A stretch of 64,000 nt of DNA from Lepidodermella squamata (lineage: Eukaryota > Animalia > Gastrotricha): positions 2,976,001-3,040,000 of the forward strand of contig JBLDXI010000015.1 of the NCBI GenBank assembly GCA_047495785.1, given 5' to 3'. The translations under genes were made by a program, and so were the position numbers. Under the pieces are notes generated by a model. That model searched no databases. It had not been told where the DNA came from and saw nothing but the letters and a program-made list of their open reading frames with translations. This document shows, in pieces, positions 40,322-52,595 of this stretch (the first letter of the stretch is position 1; each line of letters opens with the position of its first letter).

Positions 40322-43300
40322 ATGCATAAAAGCACCAGTAAGGTAAATTTTGCGGCCGGTCCGGCCACCCTGCCGTTTGAGGTGACGGAACAAATTCACG
40401 CGGCGTTGAAAAATTTCGATCACACCGGGTTGAGCATCATGGAAATCAGCCATCGCTCGAAAGAATTTCTAGCTCTTGTCAAAGAGTGCGAAGAGCGTCT
40501 GCGCGATCTCTTGTTAGTCCGAAATTTTTCGTGGAAAAGCAGCCTTAAAACTTTATTTTTGACAGCTCTGTTCCTGCCGATTACTCAGTTTTAATGATGC
40601 AAGGTGGTGGTACGGGTCAGTTCGCAGCTGTCCCAATGAATATGGCCGCGTTTAAGGACGAAATTGGTGATTACATGGTGACCGGTTATTGGTCGAAAGC
40701 TGCGTACGACGAGGGTGCCAAATTCATGAACGTCGTTAAAAGTTTCCCGGATACTAAAAACTTTTCGAGTATAATTTGAATTTTTTTATTTGAATTTTTT
40801 TAAGGCGGAATTTTTTTTAGCTATTGCTGACCCGTCGACGTGGAAATTCACCCCGAACGCTAAGTTTGCGCTTTATTGCGATAACGAAACTGTGCATGGT
40901 ATCGAATTCCCGAAGCTGAGTGCCGATGTCACTTCATCGCCTATTTCGGCTGCGCTGGCTTCGATCCAAGCACCTCTTATCGCGGACATGTCCTCCAACT
41001 TGGGCTCGCGAAGCTTCGACGTTAGCAAGGTAATTGATGTTAAATTTTGTTTATTCATACCTTGTAACTTTGGACCAAACCGTCGATTTTTTCCGTCGTT
41101 GAAAATCGAAAATTCTGAAATTTTTGACAAAGGTGGAAAATGTTATTCCTGATTTTTTGAGCAATTCTGCCTGATTTTTGTCAAATCGGCGGTTCATTTT
41201 AATAAGCTAAGAAACCAGTAAGCGAAACAGACCTGTAGTTGGATGGATCGGACGATTTACCGTTTTGTTTGAACATTTGCCCGTTACCGTGTCGAAGAAA
41301 TCTGATCATCATTGAGGCAACGAGAGAACGAGAGATTGGAAAAGTTAAACCATAAGCTAGTTTTCGGGTGATTATGGCCGGTAATTATCCGGACCACCCG
41401 AGGCTTTTCAACCGAACTCGGCAAACTCAACGATTCCTAAGAACATGTTAGCCAAACTGTGTACGATATTGTCAAAGAATGAGTAGGTTATCCTGATTTG
41501 ACGCCTGTTTTCGGCGCAGTTTTCGTTCGCGTGTTGGCAGCATGCGCAGGCGGCGGCGGGATGGTGGGAGGGGGGGGGGGGACTTGTTGTTCGCCGCCCC
41601 TCGCAACTCGGCATTCGTGATACTTAGAAGCGGAATAGCAGATTCGTTTAATTCGCTGAATCTTGTGGCAGCGAGATCCGCCACAACTCCGGCGCTCGCT
41701 CGCACACCCAAAAACAAAAATGAACAAGTAAGTCACGCATCTATTTAATCTCATCAGCCCTCGTCAGCGCATTCATTTCAGTGTTGATTTGGCGCCATTT
41801 TTGGCGCAGTTTTCGCCCGCGTGTTGGCAGCGGGCGCAGGCGGCGGCGGGATCGGTACGATGGCGGTTTGGGGATTGGGGGGAACTTGTTGTTCGCCGCC
41901 CCTCGCACCAGCTCCAGCTTGCTCCGGCTCTTGCTCCTCGTCGCCGTCATCGTCGTTAACGTCGCGATGCTGACCGCCGGTTGTGGTCGTGTCTGCGGCC
42001 GCATTCGAGACACTAAGCAGAGGGATGGCAGACTCACTGAGTTGGCTAAATCTCGTAGCGGTGAGGTTCGCAACCGCTCCAGCGCTTGCTCGCACGCCCT
42101 CGGCCACGATCTTGACCAAATCGGCACGAAGGGCGGCCGCGCGAGCCTTGCGTGCGAAACACCACCTTGCCAGCCGGATGACCTGGCCGGCAAAGGTGAT
42201 GGCAGTGAAAAATAGCGCGGCGTACACCTATCCTAGTCGGTCAGTACGTCTACTCCGAGACCAACCGTAACCTGTGAGCAAAAACGAGTTGTATTATTTG
42301 TAAGCAAATCGTGCGCAATCAAACGAAGGAACTTATGTTTTTCTGTTTCTTATGAACCTGAAGTCGGAAATAAGTAGTGACTTAGACGTAGTGGTTGTCA
42401 GCGGCAGAATAAGTACATAGCTAAAATGTCGCGAACGGTGAAACCTCGCACCAAAAAGTTGAAAAAGTAATTGAACGGAATAGAATCCATTATCGGCAAT
42501 ACAACACCGGCGTGTATGATAAACTCTGGGTTGTAAAGGTGTTCTTCGAACATGTTGGAATTCCAGTTGCTGAAATTCATAGTGCGGTTGTCATCTGCAA
42601 CCAATAGAAACAAATATTAATGTGTATTTAGTGCACATTTCTGGATGTTTTCCTTCGTCGGCGGAATGCAATCGGACATCGAGGATTTTAATCACTTGAG
42701 ATTTTTATGAAATTGGGTCATGTAAAAATGCGTTAAGTCCGCAACGTACAGAGAAGTTGGACTGGAACGATTTTCATCCCTCTTGCTGCCTGGGCTAGGT
42801 GGGACCTCATTTATTGTCACGTCTTCAACGAAGCGCTGATATTATAGCCAACAGCTAGTTGCACAAATTTGGAATGCCGCTGTGAGGGAGCATGAAGTGC
42901 CTGCAGTAGCTATGACTGCACCTTTCGATGTCATGCCGTTAGACGTGGATACAGATTCCTGAAGTACTTGGTCGTTGCCGATCTTCCAGTTCCACCTCAA
43001 CAAGCAGCCGACTTGCTTTTGCCACGTCTGGGCAATACGTTACAGCCTCTTCACTCGTCAGTGTTTGAACGGCTTGTGTTTTTATCGCACTCATGAGCTT
43101 ATTCTGTCGAAGCGCTATTGACGTGGGTCGCAATTCATCTGCTGATTTTAGCTGATTTTAGAGAATGCGGGTGAACGGAATTGAATTCGGCATTTTGGAT
43201 TTCGGATTTATTGTAAAACCGTAAAAATGACTATTCTTCCCCAGCTTGAAATTGATCAGAAACCTATTTCATGAGCTAGAAATAGAAAGTAACTCAACAA

Positions 43301-46300
43301 TTAAGGTAGATGCGAAGGCAAAAATCCTTTATTCGAAAAAACTATGGACCAAATAGCACATTTTTGGTGCCTAAAGCTCATTTTTCGGCCGATAATTTTT
43401 AGATTTTAATATTTTTCTCTTAGTTTGGTGCGATTTTCGCGAGTGCGCAAAAGAATCTGGGCATTCCTGGTGTTTGCGTCGCTTTTGTTCGCAACGAATT
43501 CCTTGACAAGGCCCGAGTCGAAACTCCGTCGATTCTGAGCTGGAAAATCACCGCAAAACAGGGCAGCGTTCAAAACACGCCCGTCGTCATTTCCATGTTC
43601 GTCCTTCGCGAAATTCTGCGCTGGATGGCGAGCAAGGGCGGGTTGGACTACTTTGAGGACTTGAGCCGTAAGAAGGCGGCAATGATCTACGACGCGGTCG
43701 ACGCCTCGCAGGGCTACTACATGAGTTGTGTGGCGCCCGAATACCGCAGCCGCATGAACGTTGTCTTCGGACTGTCTGGCGGCGATGCTTTGGAGAAGCA
43801 GTTCCTGTCCAAGGCTGAGCGTGACCATGACCTGGTTCACTTGGGTAAGTCCTACACTCATTACCTCTCACTGGGAATTTTAGCAAAATTTAAGAACAAA
43901 TGAATTGGGCTTGTTAAGAATTCGAAAACGTTTATCCACTTTTTTAAGGTGGACAATTTAGAAAATTCCCAACAAGCTATCCAGGTACCACTTTTCGGAG
44001 TAATTTCAAAAAATGTCAAGCTCATTTAATTTTTCACTCATAAAAAGGCACAGGGCGTGTGAAGGGGGTAGTGCTGATATCCTCCTTAATTGAACAAAAT
44101 GTCTTCGATTTCGCTATAAATTCACCTTTTCCAATTACCGATTACTATTGTGCTGCTTGAATCATATTATGCCTTTCAAAGCTTTTCCCTATTTCGCAAT
44201 CATCCTTAGTACCTGCTGCACCTAATTTAAATTTCTGGCCATATTCTTCATGTCTTTTGGCAGCTGGGGTGTGTTCAAAAAGTCTCAGAGCTTCAGAACG
44301 CTGTTCTTTCAGAATTACTCGATAATTGCGTTTTTTAATGTTCAGAGCGATTATTCGCATTGTTTAGTTTCAGAGGAAAGGGACACAGATGCTCTTGATT
44401 ACGCTTTCAGGCGATTTTTTAATGCTCAGAACGTTCAGTGAGGGACAAGCATTGTTCGAAGTTTCAGGCTGCTCGAGCAGTCTGAAACTTTCCCTGATTA
44501 CTCACGTGCGTCGTGATTAGTCACAATGGTTCGATATGAATTTTATTTTTATCAATTTTTTGACGGCAAAGCGTTTATACGTCTGCAAAGTGGGAAAATT
44601 ATTCGGAAACCTTGCGGAACACCTTGGCACGCCTCTACGGCACATTTCTACTTCACAGCTATTAAAAATTGATCAATTTTCAAGTTTGAATAAATGAATT
44701 TCTTTAATTAATCAATGCAAAAAATAGCACATGAAACGCCGAATGGTACCACTTCTTCCTTTCCCCTTTCTCAGGAAAACACATAAGGCTCAGGTCAATT
44801 TTTTATTTTTATTTTCCAAAAATTGAAAATTAAATTAAAAAATTAAATTAAAAATTTTGGGCGGCATCACACATTTTCAATTTCACAACTGCTAATTTTC
44901 GAAGCCTTCCCAAAAATCTTTCAAAAATACCTTTACTTTTATCGGGAGGGTGATAGCTGCAGCTTTCAATTTAAAATCAAGAGTCGTTTGATGAACGATT
45001 CCCAAAAATTCATTCAGATCGAGACCGATTCCAAACTTTCTCGCAGCATGTATAATTTATGCCGATAAAATCGCGGCGAGACTGTGGAGGTCTAGATTCT
45101 AGATTGTTCTCTGTCGTCGTAAACCGATAAAACGGGTTGGAAATCACTCGACAATCCGATAGGTCGCTTTGATTTGCTTTTTGGAAGGAAATTATTACAA
45201 AAATGTTCCCAAAAAATCAAAATTGAAGAGAGACTGTTGGGCGCAAATTCCTAACAATTTTCCCACAATTTATTGCAATATTTAAAAAAATTTCCCGAGG
45301 TGAATAAGCTTTCCGCGTTAGACTGCGATAAAAAGAAATAAAAGTTAAAGTTTCGTTGAAACACTATTGCGCAATGAGTGAACAACGCCTGTAATTAAGA
45401 ATGTACATTCAGTGGCGCTGAGACTTTTTGAACACACCCCTGGAGCTGAAAATTCAAGGACGATAAATTGAAGTAATATGAAATCATCGGAACATTAAAT
45501 ACTATTATCGTGCTAGTTTTGTCTTAAACCATCGGAACCATCGGAATATTTATTTTACCCATTGAAACCAATTAATTCATCGGAATAACACATTTATTCA
45601 TCGGAAAAACACATTTTCTCATCGGAAACACAGTGATACGTTATTCTACGTTGCGGCTGTTGCCACGGCCTCGACGACTTGAGGATTCGTCAACCGAAAT
45701 AGATGTAGCCACAAGTCCGCGACTGCGGCCTCGCCTCGGCTCAATACTAGCAACAACAGTGGCCGGTTCATTAGATTGAGAAGAAGCAGGTTCCTCCGAC
45801 TGAACTCGAGCAATAGCAGCACCGCCCCTACCCCGCTTGCCACGAGTAGCTACAACTCTGCCATATCGCCAGGTGACCAGGTCAATGTACCCTTTCTCGG
45901 ACAATCTTTGGCGTCAGATTTCTTCCTGCAACATGTATAGTAACAGGTAATCTTATGCTTGGATCGCTTTGTGGAGTCTATCCAAACGTCACCCTTATAC
46001 CGGACCCTGATGTAGTCTTTGACCTTTTCGAAGGACCAACCAGGTGGCAGAGTTTCGAAGGTGTCGAACTCGAATGGCTTCTCCTGTACAACAAAGTCCT
46101 GGTCGTCTGGCACGATGTCAGGGTCGTCATCTTCGTCGAAAGTAGGCTCATCACGGGAAATTTCTTCATAATGGTCTTCTTGTTCATCAAATACAGCCTC
46201 ATCGTCAGATGCATAAAACTGTTGGAGAAACTCCATAATTGAAAAAGCTACTCGGTTAAAAATCGAGGAATGATTCTAATAGGGTTTTCAATTTTTAAGG

Positions 46301-47561
46301 TGGAAAAATAACACGTGTTCCGATGAAATAATTCGCGTGTTCCGATGAAATAATACGCGTGTTCCGATAGATAATGCTTCTTTCATATTCCGACGGTTTA
46401 AGATAGCTTTTCATGAAATAAGTAATGCATTTCCGATGGTTTAAGATGAAAGTGGCACGATAAAAGTATTTAATGTTCCGATGAAAAGATGTGGACCCAA
46501 TAAATTTCGATCAGAGTTTTCATTTTATTTCGCTTCATGTCATCAAAAGCATTGTCATCACTACTTCAAGTCATTACCATTAATAGCGGCAACCAGTCGA
46601 TTCCGCGGTTTTCTTTATTTTTTCAAATTTACCTTCGCCCAAAATCATAAGTTTCCGGGCCATACCAATGGTTGCTTCTTCTGATCGTCCCAACTTGCTA
46701 ATAAATCTTGGCCATTTCTCGCTTCATTTTCTTTCTTCGATTTCTTCGCTGAAGAGCTCGTCGAAGATGTTACCATTCTCTTTTGAGGCGCATGCACTTT
46801 GGTGCCCGTGGGATCAGAACTGTCCGATGTTCCTTCGGTCAAGTCAGCCTGGATCACCAGCTTGCCGCATCATGTTGAATTTTGCTACTATTTCCTGCCT
46901 TGTTCGTTCACGCCCTACCACCTGGGTATTGAAAGCGTCGCACAATAGTTCGAAAGCTAAGTCCCGATTACGATCGATCGCAAAGAAAGGCCATGAACGG
47001 CCGATTTCCCCCTGGGCCACATGGCTGCCTCAAGGCGGAAACCAATGCCGAGACATCGGCAGGAGTCCAGTTCAGCCCATGCGACCGCTTTGATGACTCC
47101 GACCTGTAGGCAGTGAAGACGCGGAGCTATTGAAAGTCGAGGTGGACGAACGCCGCGACCGTTTAGTGCTTCTTCTTTTCTTTTCTTTGCTTCTTTCAGA
47201 TCTTTTTGGCGACAACAATATTTGGGGCAACTAAACACCTGAGTTTAAAAAGCTGTAAATCCAGAAATGAGAAAGTTTTGGATTTGATTAAGCGTGAAAA
47301 ATGTGGTATCAAATATTGGGATTATTAGAGCAACCATTAATTATATGTGCAGAACAAAGCAAATATATCACAAAATAGTTTTATCGTATTGTTATTTTAT
47401 TTCGATCTTGGTTATAGATTACTGTATGTAATTTGTTTTTAATTTCAGGTGGACATCGTGCTGTTGGCCACATGCGAGCTTCGATCTACAACGCAATCAC
47501 GGTCGAGGACGTTCGCCACTTGGTTGATTTCATGGGCAAATTCCAATCGGAACACAACTGA
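40322..47561 (+). CDS. PSAT1: Phosphoserine aminotransferase, 5 exons with two expanded introns (41030-43423, 43845-47448)
   Basis: [57 protein letters not shown] (PLP Lys), [23 protein letters not shown]. Stop at 47559-47561. Confidence 0.96.
41480..42620 (-). pseudogene. Antisense, partly duplicated gene fragment (TM segment plus acidic/Pro-rich tail) nested in PSAT1 intron 3
   Basis: ORF 41778-42227 with an upstream in-frame stop; its 3' part is repeated with deletions at ~41490-41705. Confidence 0.4.
45485..46483 (-). mobile_element. ~1 kb non-autonomous DNA transposon (MULE/foldback-like) in PSAT1 intron 4
   Basis: ~53 bp TIRs (CATCGGAACATTAAATACT.TTATCGTGC...TCTTAAACCATCGGAA) with subterminal CATCGGAA repeats. 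Internal ORF 45850-46236 has an acidic N-terminus and [18 protein letters not shown] (half of a WRKY/GCM1-like zinc ribbon), followed by an RGR-rich tail. Confidence 0.75.
46640..47000 (-). mobile_element. Possible Myb/SANT-like DNA-binding domain fragment (PIF/Harbinger-type)
   Basis: Minus frame 46862-46999 reads [35 protein letters not shown], resembling the MSANTD/Harbinger Myb-like helix pattern; broken by stops. Confidence 0.35.
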
Positions 47562-48810
47562 GCAACTATTGCGGATTAGATCACTGATATGACAATGAGA
47601 TTTGTAGAGCGGTTACGGGTCTTTCTAAAATTATAGTGGTTTAGCTTCTTGAAAATCGAGGTATTCGTATTTTTTTGCATGCGATCGGTATGCGTTTATT
47701 ATGGTTAAATTATGACAACGTCAGTTCTCGCACCACTCACATCTTTCCAAGGTATGGGCTGTATTTTTTTCTCTGCTCAATGAGTAATGCACTTTCGATC
47801 TAACATGACTTGCTGATGATTTGTGAGATATTTGCTGTTCTTATCCGAACAAGTTGAATGATACTACCTCAGGATTTTAGACAATAAATTATCTGGCATT
47901 TGAATCCTTGTTTCCTTGTTTGTTGTATATCGTTGTTTTGAGAACCGTTTTCTTAAGGACGCTGTGTGGGGAGCAGAGTCCACCTCCTGTCACTTATATC
48001 CTGGCCTCCGAGTAACGGAAAACCGAGTTGGTATCGGCCAAGGAAGGTTAGATCCGGGGGTCCACAGACGGGCAGCCCGAGTACGGCAATTCTGGAACGC
48101 TGGTGTTTGAAAGCGTAAGGGGTCACCGGCTAGGGCCGGAAAAATAAGCCAACCGGTACTTTTCGGCTGTCTCCAACTTTCTCATTTTACAGAGTTTCTC
48201 AACCCAAAACATCGGCCTTGAAAATTGTTTGAAATTTTCCTGTTTTTCGTCAATTCCAAAATTAAGAAAAACTGACCAAATATGGCGAATTTTTCCAGCT
48301 GAATGGGGAAATATTGAATCGATTTCTTTCGCCGGTCTTCATTTTTTTAATTTTCTGGAGCAGCGTTTCAGCCTGAAAGGTATTCCTGCGAGCGGAGTGA
48401 GCTTTAGCTCTCGAAGATTTTCCAGTAGATTAGCTTGAAAATGCTTCTAACGCCCAATAATTGACAAACTTATTATCCTAGTTGAGGATGACTCACGGAG
48501 GAATAGAAATAATAGATATTTGCTATCTATTCCTCCACAGGATGACTGCCTGGCTGAATTTGCTGAAAGTAGAAAACATGTTCAGAAAGAGATGCTGAGG
48601 AAGCTGCCACGGCAATGCAGAGCCCTCTGCCGACTCAGGAACACACCATGCCTCAGCCAGCCGTATGCTGATCACACAATAAGAAGCTTTCTCATAGTTA
48701 ATCGGAGCATGATTCATCCTTTAAAAATTACTCAGCGTTTGGAAAATCTTACGACGGTCCCAAATTTAATTTAATTCAATACCTAACCATTTCATCTGTT
48801 GTTTAACTGC

Positions 48811-48918
48811 TTAGGGTTAGGGTTAGGGTTAGGGCAAGGGCTGGGGTTAGGTTAGGGTTGGGTTGGTTGTTGGTTAGGGTTGGTTAGGGTTGGTTGTTTT
48901 AGGGTTGAAGGTTGAAGG
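48811..48918 (+). repeat. Interstitial telomere-like repeat, (TTAGGG)4 followed by degenerate units
   Basis: TTAGGGTTAGGGTTAGGGTTAGGG followed by TTAGG, TTGGG and TTGG variants. Confidence 0.85.
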
Positions 48919-51900
48919 CTGGGTCTTGAAATTTGGGATTTGGACCCAATTGGAATAATTTGGTAATGATTTCACTATATCCCTTCGTCGTCATAGGTAA
49001 GACTTATACGCATCGGAAAATTTCTCCCGAAACGCAGCAAAATCGTTCTCTCAAAGCCCACAGTTTCTATTCTTTGAGGAAGATGGAATCTTCGAAAAGA
49101 TCACAGCATAGAGCCGAGAGCTTGTAATTCCTTCATTTTATTTTCCTGGTTTTTTCAGTAGATACGACTCACAGCTCTCTGTCTGCCAAAAATGAGACCG
49201 ATCGGGCTAAAAATAAAAAAGTTGACCGACTTGACATAGCTACTGACGGGAAACATGAACGATCAGACACTCCACTATTCCTTTTTCAATTTCGAAACTT
49301 TTTATCCTAAGACTAGGAGATATTTGGCCTCCGTTAAGGTACCTAATAATGTCTAGGCTCTTTTTTCCTCTGAATAACTTCGGCCATATTTCTAATTAAT
49401 GTTGCTTCGGTGCTGCATGATAGAGTCTAGAGTCGCCAACCACAATAACAAGCAGCCGGGCAACCGGTACACAAAAATACAAATTCTGTCCAACTTCCAT
49501 GACCATTAATCATCAGTGTTGCAAAAATAGGAAGTTTTCGCGTGTCTGTTTATCGAGGTTGCGCCCAACACTCGTGACGTGAAGCAATTATGCGCCGCCT
49601 CGTGGCATTCACAGCGCCTCGGTGGCGCCACGCCATCATTATAAAATAACTGTTGTCCATCGCTAACTATTATAAACACCACCCGCAAAACAAGGTGGGC
49701 CCACTATCACTCTCCCATTTTTATTTCAACTTCGAAACGTCCCGGCGGCGCATCACTTTGCGTGATTCAAAGTTGTTGCTTTGAAAGCGATCCCCTTTAT
49801 TGTTTTTTTCATTTTCTAGGTTTAAATGCATTCTCAATGCGTACGACACGCAGGTAGGTGGCTCTCATTCGCGGTAGAAAAACAAATAATAAATTCGCGC
49901 TTTTACATGCCTCGGGCGCTTTTCTCAAAAGCCGTAAATTACGGTATATTTGCGGCTATAAAAACGTTAATTTATTACTAACCCTACGTTTCCCGCGCGT
50001 AAAAAAACGTGGGGCTCAATCTAATTGCTATTATTTATTATTGCCGCGTTTTGTTACACCGCCAACTGTCGAGTGAGCAGCGGTTCATGCCAGCATTATA
50101 GGTGCTATAAGAAAATTTATTATTCGAGGTGTAACACCCGCACGTGACGCACTTTATATTGAAACAGCGACAAATTGTGTTCTCTCTTCGCCAGAGTGCA
50201 AACAAGGTGCAAACTCGAGCCAAAATGTAAAAAAAAATTGAAAAACAATTAAGGGCGCTTTTTCACAATTATTTCGTCGATTTTTCTTCCTTCCATTTAT
50301 CATTTCTTCAGTTAGCAATATTCATCATCATTTTTTTCACTTGGTATCTCATAACCGTCCAAATATTAGCATCATCCAGCATCATCATTATGTACTGTGT
50401 TGTGTATAATATGATATTATATATAACATAGGTATCGAAAAGAAAAAACACGCACGAGATAAGGTGTGCGTCTTATAGACGACTGACTTCGCAGCGGCGG
50501 CGGCGGCGACACGATTCACTTTTTCATTTTATCGAAAACAAACGAAAAAAAACATATAGCCAGAGACAGACAGAAAACGGACGCTTTCTCGAACGAAAAG
50601 TAGTAACAACACGCAGACAATATGAATTTTTTCATAATTATGGCCGATATTTTTTCTTTAAAAGACAAAGTGTAATTGAAATTTTTTCTTGGCTAATAAT
50701 ACGAAATTGCCGATTTTTTTCATCATACAACCTGATTCAGGTTATTCATTTCATATATCATACAATAATTTATATCGCCTCTTTTTTTTGCATCGTAGTC
50801 GTATTATTATTATCATTACCAAATAGCACGTATAAAAATGAAGAAAGAAGATGATGAAGAAGAATTTTTTTTTTCAACAACAACGCTGCATGTAATAGCA
50901 GTTTTTTTTACGTAATCAATTAGTACTGTGTTTTGCCGCAATAATTACGATTTTTTTCAATTAATATCCAACGCAAGCCGAGCGATAATAACGTGACGCA
51001 GGTAAAAGTGATGATTGCAATTTCACAATATCAAAAAAAAAACGTATTAGGATAGAGAGAGAGCGAGACAAGCGAGCACGTTTGACGTGCAATTTTTCAA
51101 GGCAGATTATCGGAGAAAAAATTATAGGCGGGTTCTAATAATAACATTCTGTTATTTTACTGCCCACCTGTTCTAGAGCGAGCGAGCAGATATAGTGAGG
51201 TGTATTTTTTTCAAATGCCTGCACCAAAAAAAAGGAGGAGAGAAAACGCCATTTTTAGCCATCGTCGCAATGCAATATGAATATCAATTAATTATATAGC
51301 AATAAATAATTACGATGAGTTTTAACCAACGATTGTTGTTGATCAGTTTTTTTTATCAATATATAGATATTCAAATAATAATATATTTCAGCTTTATGGA
51401 GTGACATAAAAACAGTAACAAAAAATACACGCTATATTTGACTATAATTGCTATGATTTTTTTTTCGAGTCTAATTTTCAAGGTGATCCACCTCGAAGAA
51501 ATCGGCGTTGTGTTGGCAACAGGCATTGTTCTGAAGATGCGCAATATTATTATTATCAAGAGCCCGCTATTCGCTCGTTGTTGTTGGATTTTTTTCATAA
51601 TATCTAGCCTTGATTTATCATCATCATCTTTTATAAGGCCATAAAGAGGACTAAAAACGACCGAATTATATACTACAGCAAGTTGTAGCTAAATTTTAAC
51701 ATAATTTTTTTACAATAAAGTAACGTAATGCAGTGAAGAAAGATTCCGGTAGTAATCATCACCATCGTAACAATTTATGTGCTAAAAACTTATCTAAATT
51801 AGAACTGGCTTCGATATCAACCTCACCGTGCTTATTATTACACCTAAACAATGAAAGTCACTTTTATCCTTGAACGCGGTGTGTAAAATCGTATTTATCA

Positions 51901-52595
51901 TCGTCTAAAATCCCAACAATTCGAAGAAGTTTTTCATTACTTTGTACACAAGTGACAAGAGTAAGTGAAGAAGTAGAAGGTAAATATTATATGAATATAT
52001 ATTTAGACAACGTAATGTTAAGTTTTTCCATGAAAAAATTATTCCGACTCTCAAATTTTAAAACAGCGATTTTTTTTCTCATCATCATTATATCACCAAC
52101 AACGGTATTTTTTAGAATTTTTTCAAACTATTTATTTCGAGTCGCCTGCCTGATCTGAATAACAAGAACGGAAGCCGCAGAACAGTAGCAATTTAGTTAA
52201 ATTATCTTTAAGACAAATAAAAGAGTTAGTATTTTTTGCTCTCATTCGAGACAATTAGTATTGCTTCTTTTGTAGTGTCGTTGTAGTGTATTATATCTCG
52301 GTTCCGCGACTCATAGATTGGCACCCAGCATAGACATAAAAGATGATTGTACGTGCGCTATCGAGTAAATCGGGCGTTCGTTTGTTTTTGGCGGCGATCA
52401 TTTATTGAATATAATTAAATTTTTCCAGCGCGATTTTTTTTCTTCAATAAAGTCACTCAAAAATGTAGCGTGTCAGGGCCCGATTCGCTTAGGTATTCCA
52501 ATATATTTATATAGGTATATAATTTGTTTTCAATAGAGACGGAGGACTGGTGTTTGTGTGAAGATGACTGACTATTATAACAATTACTAGCGTTT

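Noticed and set aside
45485-45640. Regularly spaced CATCGGAA repeats that look superficially CRISPR-like
   Set aside because: The units are only 8 bp, are mirrored at the other end as TIR subrepeats, lie in a eukaryotic context, and have no cas genes.
49400-52590. Short ORFs in the AT-rich region downstream of sestrin
   Set aside because: Low-complexity sequence with no coding signature; more likely a long sestrin 3'UTR and intergenic DNA.
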